A stretch of DNA of 64,000 nucleotides from Limisphaerales bacterium. Lineage in GTDB: Bacteria; Verrucomicrobiota; Verrucomicrobiia; Limisphaerales; SIBE01. Each line of letters opens with the position of its first letter. Position 1 is the first letter of the stretch. The stretch spans positions 81,689 through 145,688 of the forward strand of contig JBGAIN010000004.1 of NCBI GenBank assembly GCA_044225505.1, read 5' to 3'. Position numbers and translations under genes: made by a program. Positions 48,393 to 60,300 of this stretch are shown here, piece after piece. Below the pieces are notes generated by a model. That model was not told where the DNA came from, did no database searches, and saw nothing but the letters and a program-made list of their open reading frames with translations.

Positions 48393-49685
48393 GATCCGCT
48401 GATTCTATCATGGGTGCGCGGACTTCAGTCCCTAGCGACTAAAGAATGTCACCATCTTATCGATATCGTGTGCTGTTCGCCGTTCCGATACGCTGGCTGG
48501 GGTCCAATTCTCCGCAGCGTTATGACGTGTCCACGCATTTGTGGACGATTTTGCTAACTATCTAATCTGCAATTGTTTCGCATCGTGCCGCGTCGCTAAG
48601 TCGCGCGTTTGCGGTTTTGTCTGATTTGGGAAAGAAAAGTCTAAGAGCCGCTCCTGAGGCAGACCGACATCGCACCATGACGGTGGCCGAACGCAGGAGA
48701 GTAAGAGCACGATCACGATCAAGGTCGAGAACGCTCTCGGTGCGAAATCCCCCATTGATGCCTTTTGAGGAACGATGAGCGGAGACCATCCAAGAGCGCA
48801 CCGATGTGCGCCCGGCCCATGCGCATAGTGGGCATTCTTCGCTGTCTGCTATTCATCTCCGAACTGGAGGTTGATTCTTCGGACACAGCCACCTCGCCCA
48901 GAATGAAAACTCAGAGATACAGTCTGGGAGGTTCGGTCAGCTACATCCCTCTCCCGCAAGGATCTCCCAGAAGGTGAAATCAATATCCGGACTGTCGTCG
49001 GATGAACTCCATCACGAATCCCATTCTCGACCAGTGATCGGACGTTCCAGCCCGATCAGTTTGGAACGTTCGCGAGACAACACCTGCAAATGATGAAGTA
49101 TCTGGACGAAATGACGAAAGGTGAACGCAATCAGGGACGCCACTCACCGCTACCATGAGCCGCGTAAACGGGGTAATCGTCGTCATCAATATCGATGATC
49201 GATCTCCTGCGTGCCCTCGTTCCCAATGACGACCCACTCGTCACGCCAGTCAGAACTTATTCCTTTCGGAATAATGCCACCGAGTTGGGCGCTTTCCAAC
49301 TCACCCACAGCGCGAGATGAATGGAAGCGTAACCAATAGACACGAGCGAAGGGCACGGCGGCCCGTGCCGTCTTATACCGATCTGGAATGGCGACCTTCA
49401 CACTGCCAGAACACCTAATAGAGTTCTGGGGTCGCCATAACAAGAAAAACGGAGTGCCAGGGAGTTCATGGGAACGCGGACTTCGGTCCTCAGCGCGGCG
49501 GAGCCAATCGAATCGTCTGGATCCTGGGTCGGCTAAGAAACTCGCGAGCGCCCGTGACGCCGCGCTGGAGATAGTTCTCCGCGGAGAAGGGCGGTGAGTT
49601 CAACTCGGGACTGACAGGACGCGTTGGTGAAGTAAGATGGGTTTGATGAAAAACGAACCGTCTGCTCGCTTACAACTGCCTCAAT

Positions 49686-49765
49686 GCTCCGTCCGGAGAC
49701 GACCATCCACGATCCGGAGGGACCTCCGGGTCTTCCGCACTCCAGAAACTCGGCCCTGAAAGGCC
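49686..49765. repeat. Degenerate three-hairpin REP-like unit
   Basis: CTCCG-TC-CGGAG, CCGGAGG-GA-CCTCCGG, GGCCCTGAAAGGCC in series. Confidence 0.4.
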
Positions 49766-50365
49766 CATGGCTTGGCATGATCTGCGCCTGGGAGTAGCGG
49801 ATCCCTACGTCGGGCCGAAGACCATCCAAAGCGGCCAATGAACGATACTGAGCGCCTTGGCCGCAGCCAAGATCTCACACCTTTGGCCCAAAGAACCACG
49901 AATCTGCCAACCGGTCCGGCGGGAGGGCCGACGCCACCGAGCTCTCAACCCTTTTGAAGATGGGACGCTCCATCCCTGTACGGGTAACCAAAGGGAGGTG
50001 GACTTTAAAGGGTTTTCGCAATCCAGACATCCAGGTGCTGCTCTTTGGCCAGACCAAAGACCAACGCCAACAACGCTCAAGGCGCCAAAGTCTCTCGGCG
50101 TCTGTTGCTCCACGCCCACGGCTCATTGCCCACGTCTCCCGCACTTATCGCTGGCAAGTGACCGCCGCCGTCGGATTCTCACCGCCCTCTTAGCCGCACG
50201 CCAAGCCGACACGACAAATTGATGAGTCTCGCCGCATGAAGCCGCAGAAAATTTAATCGTAGCTTGTAGAACAATCCTGAAGATTGCAGTGCAGGAACGG
50301 ACGCAGGGAGGGGACGCTACGGGATGATTCGAGGCGCGGTCCGTCAGCTCCGGGGCGGAATAAAT

Positions 50366-50665
50366 TCTAATGCCATTCGGTAATTGCCTCCTGGCGCCCC
50401 CGGATGGGGCACTTTTCGAAAATAGCTCGGCGTTTTAACGCCGAGCTTGAATGGGCGCGATTCAAGTCCTGACGGGACGGCCGAGGAATGGCATTGAACG
50501 GAAGAACCGAAGATTAAGGATCACAAGGTCGTATGCCCCAAACCCTTTCTCGCCCTCCAGCCGCCCCTCGGGGGCTTGGTCCCTCTCACAGCACCCGGTG
50601 CCAGCGACCGGGCTTCTTCATTCTGTCCCTTCCGGGACTAAATAGAATTACCGAATGGCATTAGA
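50366..50665. mobile_element. Non-autonomous MITE-like element (300 bp) with perfect 20-bp terminal inverted repeats
   Basis: TCTAATGCCATTCGGTAATT (50366-50385) and AATTACCGAATGGCATTAGA (50646-50665), flanked on both sides by TAAAT. No transposase inside. Confidence 0.8.
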
Positions 50666-50721
50666 TAAATCCCGCGTTCCCATGATTTCAGACTCCACCG
50701 AGTTGACTAGTAACTCCATTC

Positions 50722-53700
50722 TTACGGAGCGGACACGACCCGCGCCTTCACCGCTGTCGGTTCGTAAATAATCTCGAACTTCTTGCCCGCGCCCGGCGAG
50801 GCCAAGGCTTCAATGGTAAACTTCGAAGTCCCGCGCGTTTTAGCCGTGAGAAGAGTGAATTCCTCGCCTAAGTCAGGAGTGGAAGCCGTTCCGGGAGTCG
50901 GAGTTCCAAAGTGCCCCGCAGCAAGGCAGTGCCAGTGAGGACGACTTGATCATAGTCGAGGCCTGGGTTGCGGCCTCCCCAGTTCGAGGACGACGCGGCT
51001 CGTATTGGCCAGAATCAAGTCACCGGCCCCTATCGTTTGATCGTCCAGTTGACCTGTGACCTGGATAGAACCGAGCGAGCGCCTGGGGTCAGGTGGCACC
51101 GTTCGCCACGTTTAGGCTGGCGCAAACGACGGTGCCCGTGCCGGTCATTTCGCCGCCAGCAATGCGCACGACCGTGCGCGTAGCCAGTGTCCCGCCAGAA
51201 AGAATCGTTTGGCCGCTCGCCTGGTTATACTCGGTGCGGAGCAGGAAACGCCCGCCCTGGAAACGCGCCGTGCCGGAATTTTGAAACGTTCCCAACTCAG
51301 GGGACGCTTCCAGTGATCCGGAAACGACTTCAAGCAAACCAGCATTGACAAAGGAGAACTCGCCTGCGGCCGGCTTGACAGTTCAGGCTGAGAGTCGTGG
51401 TGGCAGCGCCGACTTGCGAAAAGTGCCCTCGTTGCGAAAACCGCGTGCACTTAACGTCCCTGCGGCCGAGGCTTCAAAGACGCCGTTGGACAGGATTCGG
51501 CTGCGCGCGCCCGTGAGATTCACATTGCCTTCGCTCCAAACCGTGGCCGTGGGCGACGCAAACTCGACGGAGCCATTGGCATTGAAGGCGCTAAGATCAT
51601 TCTTAATGAGAATCGGGGCGTCAAAGCGGACTGGGCACTCCACAGTCAACTTGGCCGCCTCCAAGGTGAGGCCTTTGGCGAACGTCGCGCCACGCCGGCC
51701 GGCAACTTTTGTGTCACGAGTGATGTTGACCGCGGGCAAGAGCGCTTCGGTGGCCTGATTGAACTGCACGACTCCTCCGTTGAACTCGACCGGCCCGGTC
51801 AGTTCAACACTGAGACCCGCGAACTCGCAACCGAGTTGGCTGCTCCATGGTCCAGCGGTCCGCACTCGATCCGTGAACTTGACGTTCTGTTCCAACCGGG
51901 TCTCGCCGGCGAATTCGAAAGGGCAATCGACGGTTGTGGGAGCGCCAAAGATCATTTTACCGGTCCCTTCCACGCGCGCTAACCGTCCCATGGAAAACGA
52001 GGCGAGCTTAAACTGCCGGAACTCAGCGATCGCGCCTGGGGCAATCCGCAGGACGCCGTCCTGGGCAATCCCACCCGCTTGCCCGAATGGACTTATGATC
52101 GAGAGCGTGCCTGTGCGCACTTCCAGAACCCCCAAGTTCTGAAAGAAAGGCACGCCAATCGTGAAAACCCCCGGGCCAGTTTTGGCCACGAGCCCTTCAT
52201 TAACGAATCGTGAGGAAGGTCCGGTGAACTGATTCGCAGCGTCAATAAACCCGTAGCCCGTTCCATCCCCAGTGGAGCGCACCTCCAAAGTGCTGCCCAT
52301 CGTGTGGTGAAGAACAGCGCCTCCGATCGGACGCAAAACGCCGTCGTCAATCACGCTCGCCGCTCCGCCCGAACCCAGCGTGACGTTCCAGGCGGACCGT
52401 AGGCCTGAGGATTATTACTGAATTCGACAATGCGCTGCGAAGAATCGTAACACCGCCAGCAAATTGCCAGGCCACCATTTAAGAACGTCGTGCTGGCAAG
52501 CGACTGGCGTGAGAAATTCCGCGCCTTGCACGGCCTGGAAAACAGCAACCGCCCAGGTTCCCCTCCGAAGACCAACGGTTCGCGGGCGACGAGCGACTGC
52601 AAATCGACCGCAGCGGGCACGGAATCCCCATAAACATCCAAAGTCATGAGGAAGTCGCCTTCGGGCCGATCGATAATGGCAAAATCGTTCGTCCCGGGCA
52701 CCGCACGTTCCATTTGTTCGTTTCGACCAATTGCCAGCGGCTGCGACATTCCAAAACACAGGAGCGCGCACTTCAAAACTCCAGGAAACATCTGCTCCGA
52801 GAGTGTTACCGCGCAAGTCGGTGACGTTACCTTCCAGAATCGCTCGGTAAAAGCCCGCGAGTTGGGGACCGGTCAACTTCAAGAGTAAGGAGGTATCATC
52901 GTTCGCAAACGCGATTTGACCGCCAACCGGCACGTCGTCTCCAGTGCCGATTTGCCCATCGGGTCCGGCACTCGCAAGGCGCAGGCTACCATTCGCGACG
53001 CTCGACCGGAGCAAGGGTTCGCTAAAACGGACGCTGACCTGGCTAAGTTGGCTCGCGAGCACTTTTACATTGGAGGATGGAGTCGTCTCGACTACCGCCG
53101 GCGGGACGGTTTCCTTAGTGACCAGGAACACGAGCGGATTGCTCCAGGTCGCGTTGCCCACAACATCGGTCGCGCGCGCCCGAATTTCGACCTGGGTTTT
53201 CCCGGAGGTGAAGGAAGGTGCGGTCAGCAGCGCGTCAAACGGCGCACCGCCGTCGACCGTAACCAGCTGGCCATCCACGAAGAATTCGACCTCGCGCACG
53301 AGTTGATTGTCCACGGCATCGGCAAGAACAAGAAAGAGGCGGTCATTCTCGACCGAGAGCGGGACCTTCGAACCGGGCTGGGCACGCAGAGTGATACTCG
53401 GTGCAATTGTTTCGGCCACTGGCGATATAAACTGGATAACCGACAAACCGGCCGCCGCATCCGCGACCAGCGCCACTCCCCGATGAACCGCAATTGCTTC
53501 AGCATCCCCTCCAGGCGTGATCACCGCCGTCACGAATCGGTCTGTGCGCGTGGGATCGCTGACATCGAGCAAGTTGAGTAACTTGTCAGACAGTAGATTG
53601 ACCGAACCACCGGAAAAAAGGAGTTTGCCCGACCCTGCGGGAGCACTGCTGATGGCGGTGATGGGAGATGGCCCGCCGATCCACGTCAACGTGCTGCCAG

Positions 53701-56531
53701 CATCGCGCAAAACCGCAACCCCCGGAACGGCGTTCGTGTCGATTGGCGTTACGTAAATCAGCCCCTCCGCAACGGCGAGCTCCATCCCGACAGGGGCGCC
53801 GAATCCCACGTCGATGATATAACTTGCGAGCGACTCACCCAGTGACGCGCTCAAATCCAGCTTGTGAACGGTGAGCAAGACCGTTACAAATCAGATAAAC
53901 AAAGCCTTCCGCGACAACCACGTGGTCAATCGCGCCTCCCGAATAAGAGCGCGAGCTCACGACTGCTCCGGTCTTCAAATCCACCAGGAACAGGCTGCCT
54001 GATCCCACCCAGGCGTAGTCACCGGAAGCAGCGAGCGTGACGGGAATGATCTTTACCCGCACTTCTCGTAATCCAATTTGGCCGGCGGGCGAGGAGAGAT
54101 CCAGAATCGTGAAGATCCTCCCGCCTGCGCTTGCAAAAACTCCCCAGCGGTGCGTCAGTGCGACCAAAGGCCGCTGCGCGGTCGGAAAAGCTTGATTGCC
54201 GATGCGCAACGGATGATCCGGCTGTCGAACATCAAACCAGCTCACCCCCTCGGTGCTTCCGGACCGGACCAAAGCCAAATCGCCATCGACCGAGATGGCA
54301 CGCGCCCGTCCCAGCGTCGGAACCGTGGCGACCGCACCGACGGCGGCAGGTTGTCCATCCAGAGGGTTGGAGTTGGCGACGAGTTCCAAACGGTCGCTAA
54401 TGCCGTCACCGTCGGTATCCGCTAAATCCGCGGAAGTGCCCACGATATGCTCTTCCATATCGGAAAGACCGTCACCGTCCGAGTCACCGGCCACTGCGAT
54501 GAGTCCCGCATGGAGAATTGCACTCGGGATAAACGTCTCCACGCCGTTGTTCGCGGACCGGAAAATGGCGGCACCAGCGCGGCTAAGCTCTGGATCGTAG
54601 TAGCTGACCAAGTAGTATTCGTCGGGGGCGAGAATCAGATTCTCGATCTGTCCTTGGGCATTGAGTCGGCCGCGCTGCTCAAAGCCCGTTTGCAGCGAAC
54701 CGATGCGGAACCAATCGCCCGGTCGTGGCCAGACAATGCCAGAGTTGGTATAGCTTAATTCCAACTCGGTTAACGTGGCCGCCTGCCCAAAGCTCGCCAG
54801 GGGATCCAAGCCGAGCCTGGCGAATCGAGATTCTTGGCTCCGCAGACCTGCTGACCGTCAACCGCCGCAAGGACCGCCCAGAGCTTGGCGACATTCCATC
54901 AGATCTTTGAGCTTGTCATCGCATTCCTCCAACTTCTCCTGCTTATCCTGATTCCATTTCTTGAGTTCGGCGGGGTCTGTTGGGGGCGTGCCTTTCAAAT
55001 AGCGTTCGCAATACCCATCCCAGCACGCAACATAGTTTGGTCCTTTGAGGTCACAAGGGTCGTCGCAGGGCGGATCAGGCAGGCGCGGATATGGCGCGGG
55101 CTCCCTCCACCATTCCGGGGTCCGCTTACTGCTTCCAGGTAACTCACGCCGTCCGGTTGACGCACGCCCACTCCCAGATCGCTCACGGCAAAGTTTCCAT
55201 CAGCACTGATCGTCGCCGAACCTTGGATTTCCCAACGCCCCGTATCGTGACTAAAGCTCCAGAGCGCCGTCTTGGCGCCAGGGGAAGGTTTCAATCCGGT
55301 GACAGGATCGGGCAGGTTCGGAAATCGGACAGGGACAGGCACATCGAAGTTGGAGGCGCCGTCCGTCTGAATCGTAATCACAAGCGGAAAATTCAAGCCA
55401 GGCGGCAAGGGTCCTGGCAACCGATCGGCCGGGACCGGCGCAATGCCCACCTTGCCCCACGCGCGCCGTTGTCGCCGAAGAGCAGTTCGGTGGAACAACA
55501 ATTTCCACGCCGCTCATCGCCGGATTCGTGGAGAGGACCGAGGGCAAAGTGATCTCGGTCCCGGCCGTGGCGCTCACGTTTGAAGCGCATCCGCTTGAAT
55601 GAGCGGCAGAAAAATCTCACCCGTCCCGCCGGCCAGGTTGTTCGTTCGGCCCGCGACGGCCTCCCAAGCCTTGCCCACGAACGGATAGTACGCGCCGCCC
55701 GGCCAGTGACTGCGCAGGATGCCCGTCTATGTGGACGAAGAAAGTTCCCGCCGGTGCCGGCGAGAGACGAAAGAAACCGTTGGCATCCGTCGTCGTCCGG
55801 AGGGTTTCTTCGGCGCCGTCCACCGTGATCGTGGCGTTGACCAGGGGGGCATTGGTCCCACTCGCCTTTTCAGAGGCGAAAACGTGCCCCGTCACCGCTG
55901 TCCCTTCCAGGCCAACCACACCAGGCGTATCGAAGGCTGAGCTCGAAAACGCCTCCCGACAACCATCGCCGTCCGCATCGACTCCCAGACCCGTCCCGTC
56001 CAGCGTCACGCGAACACGCGCGCTTCCGGGCAGGTTCTCCAAGTAAAAGAGCGTGAGCGTCTGACGATCGCTGGAAAGTTCTGCCCGCGAGAGGAGGCGT
56101 CGTCCGCTGAATTCAGCAAAAAGGTCCGCGCTGGTCACCACGACATCTGGATTCAGCGGAGCCGAAAGGCGAAAAACTGTCTCCCGAGTGACCGCGACGG
56201 TGGATTCGCCGTCGAAAGGTGACGTGCTCGCAATCGTCGCGGCCGCAGCAACGCTGTTCCGCAGCCGATAAAAGCGGGTTTCCGCCGCGGGTTGGAGATT
56301 GATAAACCACGAACCACCCGCGGATTGAGGCGTTTCCGCGACAGGGCGCCAGTTCGAGAGTGATCCCAACTGTTCGCTCTGCTCCAAGGTAAGTTCCGAT
56401 GCATCTCCGGACCATGTCAGCTGAATAGATCGAGACGGAAGTTGTTGAATGCCCAGGAAAGGCGCAGCTGCCCAAAGGGTAGAGGAATAAAGTTGGAAGA
56501 GTCCGAGAACTGCCGCGCTAATTACCTTCAT
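50722..56531 (-). pseudogene. Giant secreted multidomain protein, paralog B (RFYR module, Ig-like, conserved core, DxDGDG repeats, LVIVD-like propeller, Ig domains, beta-helix-like tail), many frameshifts
   Basis: Fragments 55617..56531, 54995..55501, 53835..54809, 52415..53878, 51383..52354 and 51089..51337 are colinear with the 57391..64000 protein. The tail ends GKKFEIIYEPTAVKARVVSAP* at 50722. Confidence 0.8.
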
Positions 56532-56665
56532 GCAAATCCATACTGACCGGCTCCCGTGGTGGCGTCGAGGGAAGAAGCGGCCGATTTAACAGCCCAAACG
56601 GCCGCGATCACGTGTGCCCCCCTGGCGTCATTGCCGACGACTCCAGAGTGAGGGCAGCGCTACGC

Positions 56666-57133
56666 TCACTCCGCGAAACGATAGGCAGTGTTGAATTGCA
56701 GCTCCCTATTTTCTGCCTTGAGCCGCAGAACTACCGTGCCCCGCTTCGTATCGACCGGTGTGGCTTTCCCTTGGATCGGACGAGTCTTGCCGCTGCCATT
56801 GGTGGTCGCCAGACCTGTAAAGTCAACCGCCACGCCGCTCGCGAGCCGATCCAGGGTCTCGTCGGAGACCTCGATGGTCAGCCGACCTTTTTCGCTTTTG
56901 AAGAAATACGGGGAAACATCGAACTGATAGTTACCGGTGTAGGTGTGCCACTGACGCACGAGCACGCTGGTGGTCAGCTTCGCTCTGCCTCCCTGGACTT
57001 TGGTCGAGCTGGGATCGAGCAGCACATCGCTGGCTTTGGCTTTTGCCAAGGTCACAGGGGGCAAAACCTGAGCACTGGCCCAATGGATGGCAACGAGCGT
57101 CAACGGGCCTAGCGTTGAGAGTTTCAGGCTCAT
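56666..57133 (-). CDS. Small secreted beta-rich hypothetical protein between the two giant paralogs
   Basis: Signal peptide (…HWASA) and an intact 155-aa ORF on the same strand as both neighbours. Confidence 0.7.
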   Translation of the reverse strand: MSLKLSTLGPLTLVAIHWASAQVLPPVTLAKAKASDVLLDPSSTKVQGGRAKLTTSVLVRQWHTYTGNYQFDVSPYFFKSEKGRLTIEVSDETLDRLASGVAVDFTGLATTNGSGKTRPIQGKATPVDTKRGTVVLRLKAENRELQFNTAYRFAE

Positions 57134-57390
57134 GATTCGTATCTCGAGACGCTGCAGTTTTTTTGAATATTTCCGACGACAGCCAATCGCCAGACCTCAA
57201 CAGTATGAGACCGTTTGGAGAACCTGTCTATAGGGTAAAACCCGTTTCCGAAGATTTTGTGTCTCCAAACGCCGAGGCCCGTTCAAGGCGCGGCGAATTT
57301 CGGCGGGGTTTGAGCTGTGGAACCTTTTGCCCACGTCCTCAACGCTCCGACAAGGCAACAGAAGGTTTCTCCGTTTCTGCCATCACCAAC

Positions 57391-60300
57391 CTACGGCGAA
57401 GCCACGACACGCAACTTGACCGCGGTAGCGCATACACGCTTCGAACCGTTTGCCGCCGCCCAAATCCGCGCCTTCCACCGTGGTAAAACGCGGGGCGGCG
57501 CTGTTGATCCGAGTCCCCAGGAGAATGGTAAATCCCTGGCCCAGTTCGGGGAGGAAATTATTCCGAAGGCTCAGGCGCAAAGTGCCGACCAAATACAATG
57601 CGCCCTCGGAAAAGACCTGGTCGTGCTCGCTTCCCGCTTGTAACCCGCCAATCTCGATCTCCAGGACACCGTTGGTCGTCTGTTCAAACCGACCACTGAA
57701 CGTAGTCGTGCGGTAGACGCCCAGAGGCGCCCCCGGCCGTAGAATCGCGTTGTTGATGAACAATGAGCTGAGATTGGTGCCAGCCCCGCTGAGAATCCCG
57801 GAGTTGTGTTCGCGTAACGTTACGTTCCCGCCCGCCAACTGAAGCTCACCGGTGGAAGTCTGCACCAGGCCGGAGCTGAATACCAAAACCCCTCCACGGA
57901 CCGAGAGAAGTCCCGAGTTCGTCACGGCGAGGTTCGAGAACTGCAGGTTTCCCGAGCTATCTTTGATGAAGGTCCCCTGATTGATGAAAGGGCTCAGATT
58001 GACTCCGCCGCTCCTCATGGTCAGCGTGGCTCCAGGTAGGTTGACCATCCGTCCGGTCGACGCACGGTTGAATTCTCCCGTCAAAGACCGAGCATGGTCA
58101 ATTGGCCGGCGTTTTCCAGAGTGGCGCCGTTCCTCACCCCGGCGCCGCCCATGACTTGCGCGCCATGCAAACGGAGTGTGCCTTCGCTAATTCCCGTCGA
58201 GACATTTGTCGAAGTGATCAACTGTTCCGTGACTTCCACGCGCCCTTGAGCCCGAAATTGGACGCTGCCACTAAAGTTCTTCAGTTCCAGCTCCCGCAAG
58301 ACGTGATCCCCGTCAAAAAGTGGAGTTTGTCTGTCAAGAATGGCGCGCCGGATATCCAGGCGCCCCCGAACGGTAATATCATTGAGCAAAACCTGCCCTT
58401 CTCCCGTAACGAGGCCATTGGTTTCCAAAATACCGCCATCAATTCCAAGCGTTGCGCCCGCCGCCACTTCGAACTGACCGCGCTGCGGAGAATAGTAAAA
58501 CGTCGTCTCGCCCGAGCGAATCTCCACTCGCCCCTCGTTGGCGAGTTGAAACTGGCTGTCGCGAGCACCCTGAACAACGATCCGCCCATAGTTCGTTCCG
58601 ACGGGGGACGTCCGCTGACCGGCATTGATAAAGTTCCCACTCACGATGCCAGCCCCATCGAGCGCATCGATCACACCGCCGGTCTCGTTGACAAAGAGCG
58701 ACTCATCGTAACAGCTCACCCGCGCGTTGGTGATTTGCAGCGTGCCAAAGTTCCGGACGTGGACGGTGTCGTAAAGGTTCCAGGAAGCAACGCCTCCCCC
58801 CACCGCCGGTGGCCGATATTGAGTCGTGCCGAGCAGCTTAAGTTCTCCGGAGCCTTCTGCCCGCTCGATCTTCATGCTGGCGAAATCGCTAACGGTGAGG
58901 GTATCGCCCAGACGTAGCCGGGACCAGGGCGATTGAATATTCAGCCGCTTGATCGTAAGCGGCGCCGCGACATGGAGAGTGCCGCCGTACATGACGATGC
59001 CGTTCGTCCCGAAGTCCTGATTTTCGCCTCCTAACGCCAATGTATCTGACGATGAATTGTTGGTATAGGCCAACCCGTTTTGCAGTCGGACATTACCCAG
59101 CAACGCGCCACTCACGTAACGCAGCATCAACCCATAGACCTCCAGACTGCCGCTAGACGTATTGCGAAAAATGCCACTCTCCATTTCGAGCTGAGAATTC
59201 GGCAGACGGACGAGCCCGTTGTTCTCGAAATCGAGGGTCTGCAACCGCCAGGCGCGTCCATCGGGCAGCCCTTCAATCAAGCCCTGATTGATGAGGCGGG
59301 AACTGGTTCCATCGCTGCCTCTCGTTCCGGCAATCCGATCTCGCTCAATGAAGGCCGGAGTGGTTGGAGTCAACCGAATCACGCCGCTCGCCAGATTCTC
59401 AATCGTCGCCGTATTGTTCTCTAGCAGCCACACGCCCGAGGTGACGTCGATATGCCCGGAATTCCGGAGGGTGCCCCGCTCCAGACTTGCGGCATTGGGT
59501 CCAAAGGTATTGCCCGTGCTGGGACTTCCTGTCCCGCCTCCGGTAACGAGCGCGTCCCCACGCAAGTCGATCAGACCGCCCGCCAAGGTGGAAGCGGCGT
59601 TCCAACGCAGTGGCCCGAGCAACTCCGCGGTGTCAGTCACGTAGAGCCGGCGTCCGTTGAGCAGAATCTCCTCGGTCGCCCGCAAGGTGGTCAAGGTTGG
59701 ATTGGAGTTCAGAGTGACGCTGACATTGGTGTCGGGACGGTCAATCACCGCGTGGTCGTTGAAGATGGGGGCGAGACCGCCCAGCCAGTTCCGCCCGGAT
59801 TCCCACGTGCCACTGGCATTCGTCGACCACAGTGTCAGTGCCTTGACGATGAAATCAGCGGTTAGATTGGTTTGCACGGACGAGCCAAAAACATCGCGAA
59901 TCTCAGGGGTGAGCACAATCCGCCACGCCCCATTGGCGATCGGTTGGGTAAATTCCAGCACCGCGCCTCGCCCATTGGCGGATAGGGAAGTGCTGCCCCC
60001 GGAAAGAACGGTCGGGTTGACCAGATTCGTGCTGAGCACGCGCAACGATGCGGAGGTCACAGACGATGCGGAAAGACGCTCATCAAATCGCACTTCCACG
60101 CGCCGCAGCGTGTCAGTCACCCAAACGGATTGGTTCGATGGCAACGCTTCGACTGGCTTCGGCGTGGGAATCGAGAAGTCCCAAGTCACATTCGTTCCCA
60201 AAGGATTGCCCGCTAGATCTGCCGCGCTGGCCGCGACCTGGGAGCGGTACTTGCCCGAACGCAACGGCGCGGTGTAGCGCAGAAGCACGGTGAGTTGTTC

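Noticed and set aside
57391..59800. Classical autotransporter or RHS/teneurin toxin
   Set aside because: No C-terminal beta-barrel ending in an aromatic residue, and no YD repeats or DPxG cleavage motif.
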